Source: Phoronis australis
Lineage: Eukaryota > Animalia > Phoronida
Reading direction: 5' to 3'
DNA length: 64,000 nt
Assembly: GCA_002633005.1 (NCBI GenBank)
Contig: NMRA01000866.1
Coordinates: forward strand, 45,388-109,387
In this document: positions 25,262-39,347 of the stretch, in pieces
How the letters are laid out: the number at the start of each line of letters is the position of its first letter
Position numbering within the stretch: the first letter of the stretch is position 1
Notes under the pieces: model-generated
Databases searched by the model: none
Told to the model about the DNA's origin: nothing
The model's input: the letters and a program-made list of their open reading frames with translations, nothing else
Made by a program: the position numbers and the translations under genes

Positions 25262-25519
25262 CTCAGTAACTCCTTAGCTACTTTTACAAACGACCCGTTT
25301 ACGGTGACGTATGGATCCGCCAAGTTTTGGTCTTCAGCGCAAGGTACGAATCCAGCAGTGGACATATTTAGCGCACGGAAGAGTTTTTGTGTGACCAATT
25401 CTTCCCATGTTGATAGTCCTGATAATTTCTCGGCAGTATTTCCTGCCAGCATATAAAGATGGTTGTTATATGTGAACTTGGTGCGAAATGGCTGAGTGGG
25501 TTGTAAAAATCGGAGTCGC
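25262..25519 (-). CDS. Beta-lactamase-like protein exon 3
   Basis: CAG acceptor and GTAATT donor. RLRFLQPTQPFRTKFTYNNHLYMLAG...WEELV...LF.ALNM (YxN motif). Confidence 0.9.
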
Positions 25520-26416
25520 CTGAAATATTCAAGGGGTCCTCAATTGGCATTCTATAAACGAAGCAAGCAAAAGTAGCATCTCGAAATACAACAAACCTAA
25601 TTAATACATTTGATCACACTCATTTAACAGGCACTGCCGTAATCTCGTTTTTTTTTAAATATGTGTTATTTAACAATATTCAATTTTGTATCAATCTTCT
25701 GTGATTGTTCAAACTTGCAATGCCTTTGAAGTTTTGCTGCAGATTGAGTTGCAATGCTGATACCAGAAAGTTTGACAAGTTCGAAAAATATGAGTGGACG
25801 TATTAGTGAAAACACATCGACCAGTACCAGCCTGACTAAAAAATGCTCGTTACATTATAACCATGGAAATCTAAATTTCAACAAATGCTACATGCTGACT
25901 TGATTGAGTATTGCGCGTCAAAGTTATAATCCGGGAAAAACATTACGCGAATAAATTGTGTTTTTGATGAGAATTCTGCAAATATCACAGTACAAAAAAT
26001 AAACATAGCATACAGATTTGCCTTTGAAATTTCGGAAATTACTTAAGCGATACTGTGCGTTTACTTACCTCTGCTGCACTAGGTACAGACGACGCTAATA
26101 TTATTTAGAAATTTCATACACAAGGTAGAGTTCACCAACAGTCTCGCGGCTGAAACCATACGCTCTCATTAAAAATACGCGGTAATATATCTCACATAAT
26201 TTTACGAGATCTTGCTTTTGTAGCTAGCGAGGTACAGTGCTAGAGTTACTGAAGTCGACCCACATTTAGCACGACTAAATGCATGGAAATATCTGACGCA
26301 TTTGTGGCACGTAAGACAAATAATCAATAACTACAAAATGCAATTCATAATGTCACATGTTCCGAAGACTGGTCAAAAGAAATATGAATTCGATAGTAAT
26401 AAACGCTGCTCACTAC

Positions 26417-26596
26417 CTCACGGCCTCTTTTCTGGAAAACTTTGGTTTGTACCCAGCAATCAGTGGCTGAAAGTAGCTGGGTATCCCTGTCCGGTGACAC
26501 AACAAGTCTTTGATGGTGACATGTTCTGTCAGTAAGGAGGTGTTGAGGTGAAAGGACTTTCCGAGGATTTCTTTGATTTTCGTGTTCCAAGTGAAC
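26417..26596 (-). CDS. Beta-lactamase-like protein exon 2
   Basis: CAG acceptor and GT donor. FTWNTKIKEILG...VTIKDLLCHRTGIP (LLxHxxG motif). Confidence 0.9.
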
Positions 26597-27209
26597 CTGA
26601 GAAATACAACGATTGCTTATTAACAGGACTACGTTCCGTAGATGCACGAATTTCGTGAGGAAAGCTGGTGTGATCACGTGCTTCGTTTGTAATGCATGGG
26701 GTTATCTCGCGTAGTCTTGCGCAATGTTGCGTTTGTGGGACGTAGCTGCGTCTACATTTTATCCATCCGTAAATACATCAACATGGTTGGAGAATCAGGT
26801 GCTTCAAAAGGGGTATCCACGGGGTCCGAGCCCAACTTCAGCCGCCTCCCCATTCACTACACGCCCCCCAGCCTGTCTTGGTCCATTCGTTGACAGCCTC
26901 TCCTCTGGTAATGATCCTGGTTCAGAACCTGTTACATAAGCCTATATTGTTACAATACGTAGATTCAATGAACAATGACCGCGTTATCCGTTTATGTTTG
27001 AAACTGATGGATTTGTTCCAATACCATGATAAACGATAATATGCTGTGACATAGCCGAGAGGGAGTATTAGGATACCGATTTTATGAGAGGCCCAATTCT
27101 ATGCAACATGGGGTGAAATCTAGCTTTAAATAATAAATTTCAAGGTTTTGTGACGTTTAATGTGATTGGTGCCTTCGATTGAATGTTGTAACCTGAATAC
27201 CAATTGGTT

Positions 27210-30200
27210 CTTCAACAAGTACTGGTATATGTCTACAAACGACTGTCTCACCAACTCTTGCAACTCGTCCCACTGTCTTTCTATTACAGGGAAATAGTTG
27301 AGCCAGATTTACCCGAGGAATTGGTCTACATTTATTTCATTATACGACCACTGATGCAAATTTCCTCTGAAAATTTCGTACCTTATTCGATAGACATAAT
27401 CTACGCTGATTTTGTATCCTAGGGTAGGTTTCATGTTTGAGAAATTTGGATTTGGGCTCCCATATCATAACTAATGAAAAAAGGACTAACCAAGAAATTA
27501 TGAGTGCATTACAATCTAGAAACAATTTATAAAAATTATCTCAGTGACTAGCAGTTACGAGTACATTATCAGAGACTTTGCACTTTTGCACAAGTGAAAT
27601 TTAATATTTTTTCAGAAATAATTGCAAATTTCAATTTAAACGCCCTCTTTCCCGACCCACCAATTTAAGGTTATGTAAGATTATATCGAGGAAAGCCGAT
27701 TCAAAGTCAATAACCAGCAAAACTAGACTGTCAACTAGTGAAAGTGTGTATTTTCTAAAGGAGAAATATACGAGATAATAAAAATATGCTTGATACTTAT
27801 GTATCACTGTTATTAAAACTGCAGTTTTTTAATTTTGACGAAGATAAATTCATAGCAAAATGAACCTTCTTTAAATGAAAACTTGCCGATATCTCTCAAA
27901 ACGCTGATAGTAATTTTCCAATTACTCATTTAGCCTGGTTTCTCTACGCCAAATTGACTCGCAAACTTTTGTAAGGAACAACGGTTGCATCTGTAAAATA
28001 AAACTTAGGCTATTTAAAAAATCCCAACACTATTTTTTTATATTGATAAATAAACAGCAAAATAGGAAAAATTCAATGAAATCCACACAGCAGTTTTCAT
28101 AACTCGTGTTCCTAAGTTCAAATTAAGTCGATTTGCCGAAGCCGAGAAAAAGTCGAAAAGGCCACGAGTTTCAAGGTTTTTGAATAATTATTCGGTGAAA
28201 ACTTGTTTAGGTCAATAATAATCTATACATGCCATTCGTGTTCTTTATTTCAACATTTACTCGCAATGTCAACTGAATTTACAGTGCATGATTAATTAGA
28301 TTATCATAAAAGCGTTGTACTTTTGTAGGTCAGTTTTCAATGCCTCGAGACAAACTAGGTCAGGGGAGGAGCAATAACGCTAGTAGGTCAACTGTGCACT
28401 GTGGAACACAATGTATGAACCACGTGGGAGAAACCAAGTACACAAAATGGAGAACAGTAAGTAAAGAAAGCGGCTATCACAATATCGAAACAGTGAAACG
28501 TCAGATTACCGATGAAATGAATGACTTTGGGTGAGAATTTATTTTTTCACAATTTGCTTGTGTTCGGGAAACAAAAACTGCCAGACACCGTGCTGCGAAT
28601 CGGTCCATTCGTCGCCGATGTCAGGGGCCGTATGTACGCAGGCGCACAACTCTTCACAACGTTTTGTCTCGTTTTCTACGGCACATTTCCGTATTATGTA
28701 CACCTCGTTGACTTAATATTATGGCAACTCAGAGAATGAAAGGACTATGACTATTGTGGGCACATACGCGGGAATTGCTCATGCCAGGCAGGACATTTGA
28801 TTTGAGTGACACCTCTGTNCTTCAACAAGTACTGGTATATGTCTACGAACGACTGTCTCACCAACTCTTGCAACTCGTCCCACTGACTTTCTATTACAGG
28901 GAAATAGTTGAGCCAGATTTACCCGAGGAATTAGTCTACATTTATTTCATTATACGACCACTGATGCAAATTTCCTCTGAAAATTTCGTACCTTATTCGA
29001 TAGACATAATCTACGCTGCTTTTGTATCCTAGGGTAGGTTTCATGTTTGAGAAATTTGGATTTGGGCTCCCATATCATAACTAATGAAAAAAGGACTAAC
29101 CAAGAAATTATGAGTGCATTACAATCTAGAAACAATTTAAAAAATTATCTCAGTGACTAGCAGTTACGAGTACATTATCAGAGACTTTGCACTTTTGCTC
29201 AAGTGAAAATTAATATTTTTTTCAGAAATAATTGCAAATTTCAATTTAAACGCCCTCTTTCCCGGCCCACCAATTTAAGGTTATGTAAGATTATATTGAG
29301 GAAACCCGATTCAAAGTCAATAACCAGCAAAACTAGACTGTCAACTAGTGAAAGTGTGTATTTTCTAAAAAGGAGAAATATACGAGATAATAAAAATACG
29401 CTTGATACTTATGTATCACTGTTATTAAAACTGCAATTTTTTAAATTTGACGAAGATACATTCATAGCAAAATGACCCCTTAGTCGAGTTTAACGAAACT
29501 TTCTTTAAATGAAAACTTGCCGATATCTCTCAAAACGCTGATAGTAATTTTACAATTACTCATTTAGCCTGGTTTCTCTACGCCAAATTGACTCGCAAAC
29601 TTTTGTAAGGAACAACGGTTGCATCGGTAAAATAAAACTTAGGCTATTTAAAAAATCCCAACACTGTTTTTTATATTGATAAATAAACAGCAAAATAGAA
29701 AAAATTCAATGAAATCCACACAGCAGTGTTCCTAAGTTCAAATTAAGTCGATTTGCCGAAGCCGAGAAAAAGTCGAAAAGGCCACGAGTTTCAAGGTTTT
29801 TGAATAATTATTCGGTGAAAACTTGTTTAGGTCAATAATAATCTATACATGCCATTCGTGTTCTTTATTTCAACATTTACTCGCAATGTCAACTGAATTT
29901 ACAGTGCATGATTAATTAGATTATCATAAAAGCGTTGTACTTTTGTAGGTCAGTTTTCAATGGCTCGAGACAAACTAGGTCAGGGGAGGAGCAATAACGC
30001 TAGTAGGTCAACTGTGCACTGTGGAACACAATGTATGAACCACGTGGGAGAAACCAAGTACACAAAATGGAGAACAGTAAGTAAAGAAAGTGGCTATCAC
30101 AATATCGAAACAGCGAAACGTCAGATTACCGATGAAATGAATGACTTTGGGTGAGAATTTATTTTTTCACAATTTGCTTGTGTTCGGGAAACAAAAACTG

Positions 30201-30438
30201 CCAGACACCGTGCTGCGAATCGGTCCATTCGCCGCCGATGTCAGGGGCCGTATGTACGCAGGCGCACAACTCTTCACAACGTTTTGTCTCGTTTTCTACG
30301 GCACATTTCCGTATTATGTACACCTCGTTGACTTAATATTATGGCAACTCAGAGAATGAAAGGACTATGACTATTGTGGGCACATACGCGGGAATTGCTC
30401 ATGCCAGGCAGGACATTTGATTTGAGTGACACCTCTGT
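27210..30438. repeat. About 1.6-kb near-identical tandem duplication (27210-28818 and 28820-30438) joined by a single N
   Basis: Both units start CTTCAACAAGTACTGG and end GAGTGACACCTCTGT. They differ by scattered SNPs and short indels. Confidence 0.95.
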
Positions 30439-31154
30439 AACCTTTGAACTTGAATAAGTAGTACACAAATTTCCACGCGGTCGAGGTGCGTTCGGGAAAT
30501 CGCCTTTTTAGTCTACCATTAACAGGCAAGATGTCGATTATAAAGTTGACTAGAAATGAAGATAAAAGAATTATCCACTCAGGGTATTCAATATTACAAA
30601 AACTTAAAACATTTAAAAGTATGGTCCTACATGTCCTTAAGCTCCCAGTGTATCAACTTGAATGTTGGCGTTACATATGCCGTTCAATGTTTGTATATTT
30701 TATTCATTGGAAATCAAAATAAACCAGTTTCTTAAAGACACGAACCATTTTTACGAGAGGTTGTGTATTCTCAATCTTTAAACCGTGTCTGACGTAAGCC
30801 TAGCCAATAGACATCACAAGAAACATCAATTTAATTACAAAATATGTTCCAATCTTTTCATACTACGACAGCTTTTTCATTAGAACTGTCAAAGACGATG
30901 CTTCTAACTCATTTATAAGAATACTGTATGCTCTGTCGTCAATTTTATTTAAAAATACTCACTTCCTTATCGCTGGTATTCCTTCTCAACTGTTTATACA
31001 CTATCGAACACATTGAAATGAATCCAGGGAGACTGAATAAAAGTCAATTCCGTATAACACCAATTTCATGAACAATTTGTGTATCCCTTTCAGACTCAGT
31101 TCTAAGGAGTTTTGGGTCATTGCTAATGATTTTGATTGCAAATCAATTAGGTTA

Positions 31155-31231
31155 TGGATCCAGTCTTAGCTAAGACGGTCGTGGGTCCGATCGTAGCTAA
31201 GATGGTCATGGGTCCGGTCTAAGCTAAGACG
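31155..31231. repeat. 27-bp tandem repeat x3
   Basis: TGG.TCC..TC..AGCTAAGA.G occurs three times. Confidence 0.75.
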
Positions 31232-33897
31232 CGACTGTCGTCACTTTTTAATTAACACTCAGCTCATTAACTTGGCCACTGAATGTGAACAATGGTCAGT
31301 TTCAAGTCAGTTGTAACGTTTTCGCTCGCCTTAAAATGTAAGCGTTGCGTTTGCAATAACGTGCCTACGTCCGTCTTAGCTACATTCGGACTGACGACAT
31401 TTGCTAAAACGGGGCCCCAGACGGCCAATGGAAAGCACTTAAGGGCTTGCACAAGTACTTGGAAGTCTCCAATGAAGGCCTACTTCCGGTGAAAGAGTAT
31501 ATCCTTATCCTTTCCTGCTTTACAATTCGAACTGTTCTATGATTATTAATAGGTTTAAATAAACGCTATTTCGAACAGTCCTGTCACATTTTAAAACAAA
31601 CGACGCTACTTTGTCTTGATCATGATAATGATACTAAAATCGAAACGTTTCGCGAATTACAGATTTGTGCATCTTTCGTTTGTTTTATCATTGCCGTCGA
31701 TCTTTATAAAACTTGATGAAAACCTACTGCACTTGCGCAGTTCTTGTTTTCAAATTTCTTGACGATTCATTTTACGAAGATTTTAAGTTATTGAATGTGA
31801 TGCGGGAAGATTATTTTTAAGAATGAGAGCCATTACCGGCGATAAGGTCAGATGTTTCGACTTTTCACGAGTTCTCAAGTCAAGTGGAATGCCATTAATT
31901 GTTTCCACTTCATTGTGTTAAGTGCAGTCGTCTTGATGGCCTATGTCCTCGAGTCACGATGGTTCCAGTTAATCGTTGAGTTGATCTATCCACCGAGTCA
32001 CCCTGATTCGTTAGACACTACCTCTGCAAAATCCCCGATACCGCTATTGCGACTAAATGGGATTTTTAACGCTTTAGGCAAGTTGACATGAAATTCTGTT
32101 AATGTAAAAACGCGTTTGAATCGGTGCATTCGTTCTTAGGAGGTGCACTTAAAACTCTCCAGGTGGTATTTTGTCCGGACGAATATTGAATGGAAATCCG
32201 GGAAGTCGCATGAAAGCGAAAATGCAAAGTCCCCAGATTGTGAGACGAGGTTGGCTTATTGCAATTAAAAGCTTTAAATTTTACAAAAGTGGCATTCATT
32301 GGGGCTGAAACACAGGCCTTTGTTGGAAGCTGAGAAGAATACATTTTGTTAACGATTTCCGTTTCTATATCATATCACTGTTTTGTCTTTCGCAGGGTAA
32401 ACGAGGATTAAATCCAACGAGATTTTCCGTGTTGCCTCGCACCATGACATTAGATACGAAATCAATAATTCCAAGGTTTTGTGTAAACACAGAAACAAAC
32501 CCGTTGGTGTTACAATATGCTTACTTTGCTAAAAAAAAACGGAAAACGCAATTACTTGAGACAACAAATCCAATTGTGAAAAAGCATTTGCAAAAGGAAT
32601 GTTGCAAACGCGTGTTTTAGTAGTGCACTACAGAAACACACCAGTCCACTCTGATCATCTTAAAAAACTCAATGGAAACTTGTCCGTTAGCAGTTGTAAC
32701 CAGTTGCGTCACCTAAAGAAAACCGGGTATAACCCAAGTTGTTCAACATTTTTATCTGAAAGCTACGACTGTTTTATTTTTCTTGTTGTTTCCGGTGACA
32801 TCAATAACGTAGGGTCATGCTGATCAGAACCCACTGGGGTACACTCCAAGTAATCTAATTAACATAATATGTGTACTAAGGGACCTCAGTCCGAGACAGA
32901 CGCAGAATTGTCTAGTGTCTTATGTTTGCCAAAAGGAAGAAATAATGAAAAAGTCGCAGACAGCCGATTGGGTGTTTCTTGTTCATTGAACAGCCTCCAC
33001 AGCCGGGCTTCACAGCACACCCGGTGGCACAGTCCACAAGCTGCTTCGTGAGAGTCCCTGCACGTGCGTTTTCATGTTCGCGCAAACGTTGTATTTCTGA
33101 CGCGTATTTGTGTAAACGTTAACAAAGTGAGATAACGATTTGCAAGCGATGCTGAGATGGAGAATTTTGTTCGTGGCTCATGATTTACGCCTGAGTCGCG
33201 AGCATTTTCTGCAACATTTATATATAGGTCTACTTACACATTCAGATAACACAGATGCTCAAGAAAATCATGAAAACCTCAACTACAAAGCAAAGCGGAT
33301 GTTCTCTTCTAAATATAGACCAACGATTTAGTAAATTATTTCTGCTGTCAATTGCCAAGTTATCTTCTGCTTGTGTGTGGTAATGGTTGAACGTTCACTA
33401 TCGTAATAAGTTCAACAGGTCACAGCACTTAAACGCAGAATCTGACACTTCAAAAAGACACTTTAATTATTTTTCGCATTGAATGTACTTTCAAAGATTT
33501 AGCTATTATCATTTAGCAATTTAGGACAATATCGAAAATTACGCCTTCACCTGATGTTTCTGGTCCTGCTTTCGTAACAAGCGCGTTCATTGTTAGGGTG
33601 GCCGGTACAGACCAGAGGTCCATTTTATGAATCTTTTCTGTCTGATGGCTTGCGTCAGTTTTCATCAAACGAGCCCCAGGCCATACAGAAGTTAGTAGCG
33701 TAACAAATGTAGTACAAAGCCAGATCCAAGTGCTAAATCAAATTACTAATTTCTTTATGAAAGAGAAGAAACAACTGGCAATGGAAAATGTTTGTCGAAA
33801 TGAAACAAATTTAAAATCATTAGCATATTAAGCAATAAAAATAAGAATGCGTGACATGAATTCTCTTTAGACTTACTTGTGCAGTAATTTTACTCAC

Positions 33898-34226
33898 TTT
33901 TTCTCATTTTCCGACATCAACAATGCAAGTATAGTTGACGTGAACGCTTTTGTTAGCGAACCAATCGGAAATGTGTGGTGCGCCGCCGTCTTCGTGCTTT
34001 TTTCCACATTGACAAAGCCATACCCACGAGCAAACACCTTATCTTTGTGAACCACTGCTAAACTCAAGCCTGGTACAGTTGAGCGACATTTCATTAGTTC
34101 GCTTGCAAACCTGTCAATTTTCTCGAATTTTGCTTCTATTGAAGAGATCGACGATGGTGTAGTTCGGTTGGCGCCACAAATACAGCAAAACGCTACTGCA
34201 ATCAAAACGAGCACCGACAAACGCAT
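33898..34226 (-). CDS. Secreted serine beta-lactamase/PBP-like hydrolase (gigasin-6-like), exon 1
   Basis: Signal peptide MRLSVLVLIAVAFCCICGA, then VPGLSLAVV...GYG...FPIGSLTKAFT (SxxK). GTGAGT donor, phase 2. Confidence 0.9.
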
Positions 34227-34908
34227 CACGTCTGCTAGGCGCGGCAGGTGATTCACAAAGTGCACGAGTACACGAAGGATAGTCAATAACGTGAAACGTA
34301 AACACTTTGCTAATAATCGTCAATTTATATGACAAAACAGCCATTCGCTCACACAAAAAGGACAAACAAGAGATGGAAGGTTTCATTGAAAAATAGCTCA
34401 CTAATACAAAACTCGGTCGACAAATCAGAGTCAAGTTTCCTCTGGAGGCATTGTCGAAAGAATCACGGGTTTGTAGTATCATTGTTCCGGCAACGTTCTT
34501 GTTGCAAGACGACTGGTATTAATCTTAATTATTGTAATTTGTAAAGCCTTTTACAGCTGTGTTACCGTCACCTAAGAGATATACTTTAAAAACTAATCAA
34601 TAGAATTTTCTTCTAACTGCGTCATCAAGTCAACGCATGGGATACGGCTCTGATTAAATTACTAACTAAATAAACAGATAGTAACTTTTTGCATTCAAAC
34701 ACTTGCGTCACTCAAAAGTTGTCTCAACTAACAATGAAATTGTCTTTGAAGTTGTGGCAGTTTAAAGACGGTGTAAGATGAGCCAACTGCCTTTTAGATA
34801 TGTTAAATACATGTACTTTGGTGCAATATATTTTTGTTTCGTTTTATTCCACACAACCACTAATTAATTGCTACACGTTTTATACCCCATATTATGTGCC
34901 CCCATCGG

Positions 34909-36152
34909 CTCGCTGGTTCTCAGCGTGTCCGCTAGGGGGTAGGTAACACGCAAGTATCATTCAGTAGCACGCGTTTTGCCACTGGTTGATGCAACCTCGG
35001 CAGTCATTGGTTAGCTTTACAACAAAGAAAGAAAATGAGTGACTGTGAACGATGTTTAGCCTTGTCATGCTAGTGGCGTGACAGGAAATATTTCCTTTCT
35101 GTAGTAACGTTTAATAGCTGCGTGCTTGAAGCTCCTACAATGCACACACATCTGGCCGATTTAACAGGTATGTTATTCATTCTGTGTGAATACAGGACAG
35201 CAACGTAAACAAAAGTCAGCGACATTAAACAATGCCCCCCAAAAAGGCACAACCACAACTTTCCGATTCTCATTTCTTGAAAATGAATTAAGCACACCTT
35301 TTTATCTGTACAACAGACTACAAACTACATCCACATTTACACCACCGTCATCAGTCATGCCAGTTTGTTTGCGTAAAGCGCTACCTGTTGAATTCGACCA
35401 GCCCTTCAGAAACGCCGGTGCAAAAAATTTCCTGAGGAAATTTAGGAGACACAGAACAGTTCTCTCAGGGGTTTGCCTATCAGAACACACGTCAACGGAT
35501 TTTTCACCCTTTCTCCACTCCGTCAAAAACTGCATGCAAATAAAGAAAAGTCATTTCACATCACAGGTCCTATAGATGAGCACAGAAAATTTATTCTCTC
35601 TTGTATTTTTGACCCTTTCACTCCCACTGAAAACCAAGCTAGACTAAGAAAAATAAGGGCAAAAAGTGAAAAATCGTCACTTTTCACCCCAAAACCACTG
35701 ACTTTTCTGCCGATGCTCGACTAAAGCCAACTTTAGATTCCGAAAGCAAATTTCCTACCAATTCAAAAAATGTGGCCCAAAAGTATTATCAACCAACTAG
35801 TCATTTTGAAAATCTGGCTTGTTTGAGGGCTACCTGAAATCGTGGCCAATTTCTCAGTTGCTACACAGCAATGCACAATTGCAACAGGGGGCCACCATCT
35901 TGAAGAAGAGTGCAGCTACAGCCGAGAAAGTGGCCTTTTTATTCTCAGCATGTTCACAAAGATAAACAAACCACATTCACTTGGCTTACATACAATACCT
36001 AACTAAAAAATGCCCCCAAGCCTGACATACCCATAGATTTTAATATTTTGGCAGTGCAAATTGGCCGCTGTCGCAGCCTAACTTCTCAGTGCCACCTTAA
36101 ATGATATCTGCGAGTTATCTACCCCCTAGCGGACACGCAGTTAACCAGCGAC
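34909..36152. mobile_element. Non-autonomous MULE-like TIR element
   Basis: About 45-bp TIRs (TCGCTGGTT...GCGTGTCCGCTAGGGGGTAG.TAAC.CGCA). 9-10-bp TSD (C)CCCCATCGG on both sides. Confidence 0.85.
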
Positions 36153-37156
36153 CCCCATCGGAACCCCCTCTCATTTTCTTGACCTATCACAGTCGACTGG
36201 TATATTGACGTCATCTTTGTGGACAGCACAGACCGCACTAACCACAGCCTAAACAGCTGATCGCCTGCAGGGATAGTAAAAATTTAAGTAGTTTGGTCAA
36301 GGAATCGCCGACTTCAGGAATCAATGTCTATTGATAAAGTGATTACTAACCAAAACAATCGTGCCAGGAAAAGCACCCTTCGAACCCTACACAATGAACA
36401 GCGGCGTATATCAGTGCCAGGGCGTTATCGATTCACTCACTACGAACCAAGTTTCGAAGTATTTGCTGTCGTATTTTAATACGTTTAAAAACGCCATACA
36501 ACAGCTGTAACATTTCGCACTAAATCTCACAACGGTAAGATGTCCTGATTATCAATTATCAATATTCCCGACAATAAAGCAATGCAGCACGACCGTTCGG
36601 TCCCATTGTTTGCGCGCAAGGTCCCTGTATAGCCTACGATCGCCACTTAGAAATGTCGTCAATTACCGGTGTGTGAAAGTACGTCTCGTTTTTATAGCAA
36701 AAAAACAAACGTGAAGGTGACAGCCATTGGCTATTACTTGCCAAACGACGGTCGTAACTTGTCTTGCAGCAGAGTAATCATGAGTGGGCACGAAATTCCC
36801 AAGACCTTGTTTCTGGGACAGCGCGCACAACATACATGGATATATACGTGTGACTCATCTGTCACACACATGTTGCTGCCAATGTTTCGTGCACTCCAGC
36901 GGAACTTAGACGTGCACAAACGGGAGTCCCGACCTCAAACCACTGAGCCACCCAGTTCATTACTCTGATTGTCTGCTAATGAGTCGTAACTAACATGAAT
37001 AAATTATTGTATTTGTGTCCATTTTGTAATCATTTAAAGTCCTTCTCTCAAACTGCCCATGTGGTTCCAGTATCCGAAAATACTTACTACATAAACTCTT
37101 ATTTTCGACACCCTTTCTTTATATTCTTTTCGCCTTTCTTGCCAAAAGCGATTTTN

Positions 37157-38651
37157 GGGACTGTAGTCAAAATAATGTTGCAGTTAATCGGTTATAACAT
37201 ACAAACAAAACTCATGTTTGCCTGACTTGCGTGCCAAAACAAAAGCCAATTCGTATACATGGTCAAAACACTGAATTCCGAAAGCGATCGCTGATTGGCT
37301 GATGTGCCAGTGACGTGAATGGCGGGGTATCCTCTGCTTTACACATTCATTGCATATGTCATATTTTGAAGAGTTTACATCGTAATTTATCATTGTATCA
37401 ATCGTCCTTATTTTTATTGTTTGCCACAGTGCTGTACAAGGTTCGCTATGCCTTTTTTATGGCACCTGGTTACTCAAACTCTTCGAAAAAGGTGTCTTCT
37501 AAAGGGTTGGTCATCGCACACCATCGCCGAGTTACCCAAGCCTTGGCCCAAAGCTGTATACTAAATATAGGCTTACAGGTTTGAGCCGATATGGGTAAAA
37601 ATGGACAAATAAAATCTGACTCAAAATTAATGTCATTAAAACTAATCTCATCCTTGAGTAAACCTAGAAACCAGGTTCCTAGAGTAAACTAAGTTCTGTA
37701 TTTACCGGTGTTGGAAAAGTTAGCGATCGTTCATCGGCTGCTGCTAAAATTGTGATGTGCTCTCTTGAGTCGGCTTTTTGCGATTACGATGACCTTTATC
37801 AGTTTCTTTTCCCCCGTTTCTTTTATCAAGTGTTCGTCGCTGACGGTACCTATAGGTTGCGTACATGTTATAACAAATTATCAGGACTTGTTTCATTTTG
37901 TTACAAGTTTTTAATATTTTTATACCAGCAAACCGAATTTTAAGATAACCTTGGTGCTGCGAAGCTGTCATCATGTCCCGAAAGACGTCTCAAATTTTTA
38001 GGAAATGGCACGTGCGCCGTGTCACGAGCGTGCTGTTTTTGAAACGACGACACACTTCTTTGTTAAAAAGGCGGCAAATTATGCTACCAAATGACGTTTA
38101 TTTGATTGTTTGCCACTTAAACGGCTGCAACGAACAATGGGAGTGTCGGGAAACGGAGCTCAAATAACAGTGGTAAGATAGTCTTCATACAGCTATAGTC
38201 GGTAACTTACCAACCCTTCAAGTTTACAGAGCTGAGTATTGACTACTGGCTGACTGGCTGGCTAGAGTCCTCATTGCCCACGGCTCAGTCACACCAGTGG
38301 AAAATGTTGATAAGGAATGGGTTGCACCGGCAAATTTTCGTCTGACGATGACTGGGTATCACTTTGTGTTGCCTCGGCTCAACCAGGTATCCCTGATGAC
38401 CCGACATTTCACACTAAAATTTCTTATTCCGACAATATAAAAAACGCTACTTGATTACACGCTAACACAGGACAGTAACTTTGCCCCCGCCAAATACGTC
38501 ACGAGGCTAAGCAGCGCTCTAAGCCGGTAATTTTTTTTTGAGCTTCGTTAGAGAATATAAGTTTAATTTTGTTGTTGAAATATTTGTGAAATTAATCAAC
38601 TATTCACAGAAAACTAACCAGAATTTATCCAGAATAAAATACAGTTCCCTT
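37157..38651 (+). mobile_element. TTAA-flanked MITE family B copy 2 (left end at a contig join)
   Basis: Starts GGGACTGTAGTCAAAATAATG right after N37156. Ends ACAGTTCCCTT|TTAA. Homologous to 9857-10918. Confidence 0.85.
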
Positions 38652-39142
38652 TTAAGTTTCGTTTAAAAGGAAACAGATGATTTTATCAGAGAGATTAAAG
38701 CTTTTTCTATAGAAGGATATCAAAAAAAAAACTCACTTTTCAACCTTAAACAGTGGTGTAATTGTACTTTGAAAATATCGACTTCAGCGCACGCAATCGC
38801 AATTTCCCACACGCAGTCACGGGTATTTAAGCTTTTCCGTCGATGTATAGATGGCGCAGTAGTCAAGTACTTCCTCATTTGCATATCAAATTTGCATGTG
38901 GGAGTTCTGAGACTCTCGTCAGTTTAGTTGTTGTCGACCGCTTGAGTGCATAAAGCGGTGACCTCCCGCTGAGAGCACGCGTTGATGAAGATACCACAGC
39001 TAACTCGATCGCTTCGCAATCAGGAGGTGAAAACACTCTCATGACCGCAGTTCTGAATTCCAGCTAAGCAAGCCCTATTTCGAGGAGCGGATTTGAATTG
39101 TTTTCGTCCCCAGACTGTGGATTGCAGAGAAGATTAGAATGA

Positions 39143-39347
39143 NNNNNNNNNNNNNNNNNNNNNNNNNNNNNNNNNNNNNNNNNNNNNNNNNNNNNNNNNN
39201 NNNNNNNNNNNNNNNNNNNNNNNNNNNNNNNNNNNNNNNNNNNNNNNNNNNNNNNNNNNNNNNNNNNNNNNNNNNNNNNNNNNNNNNNNNNNNNNNNNNN
39301 NNNNNNNNNNNNNNNNNNNNNNNNNNNNNNNNNNNNNNNNNNNNNNN
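39143..39347. other. Assembly gap
   Basis: N run. Confidence 1.

Noticed and set aside
31615-31655. Additional hammerhead motif (CATGATAATGAT...ATCGAAACGTT)
   Set aside because: The core lacks CUGANGA and no stem I is evident. At most a decayed relic.
23608-34226. Bacterial contamination or an antibiotic-resistance gene
   Set aside because: The gene has four canonical GT-AG introns, a eukaryotic signal peptide and a GPI-like tail, and lies among animal repeats.
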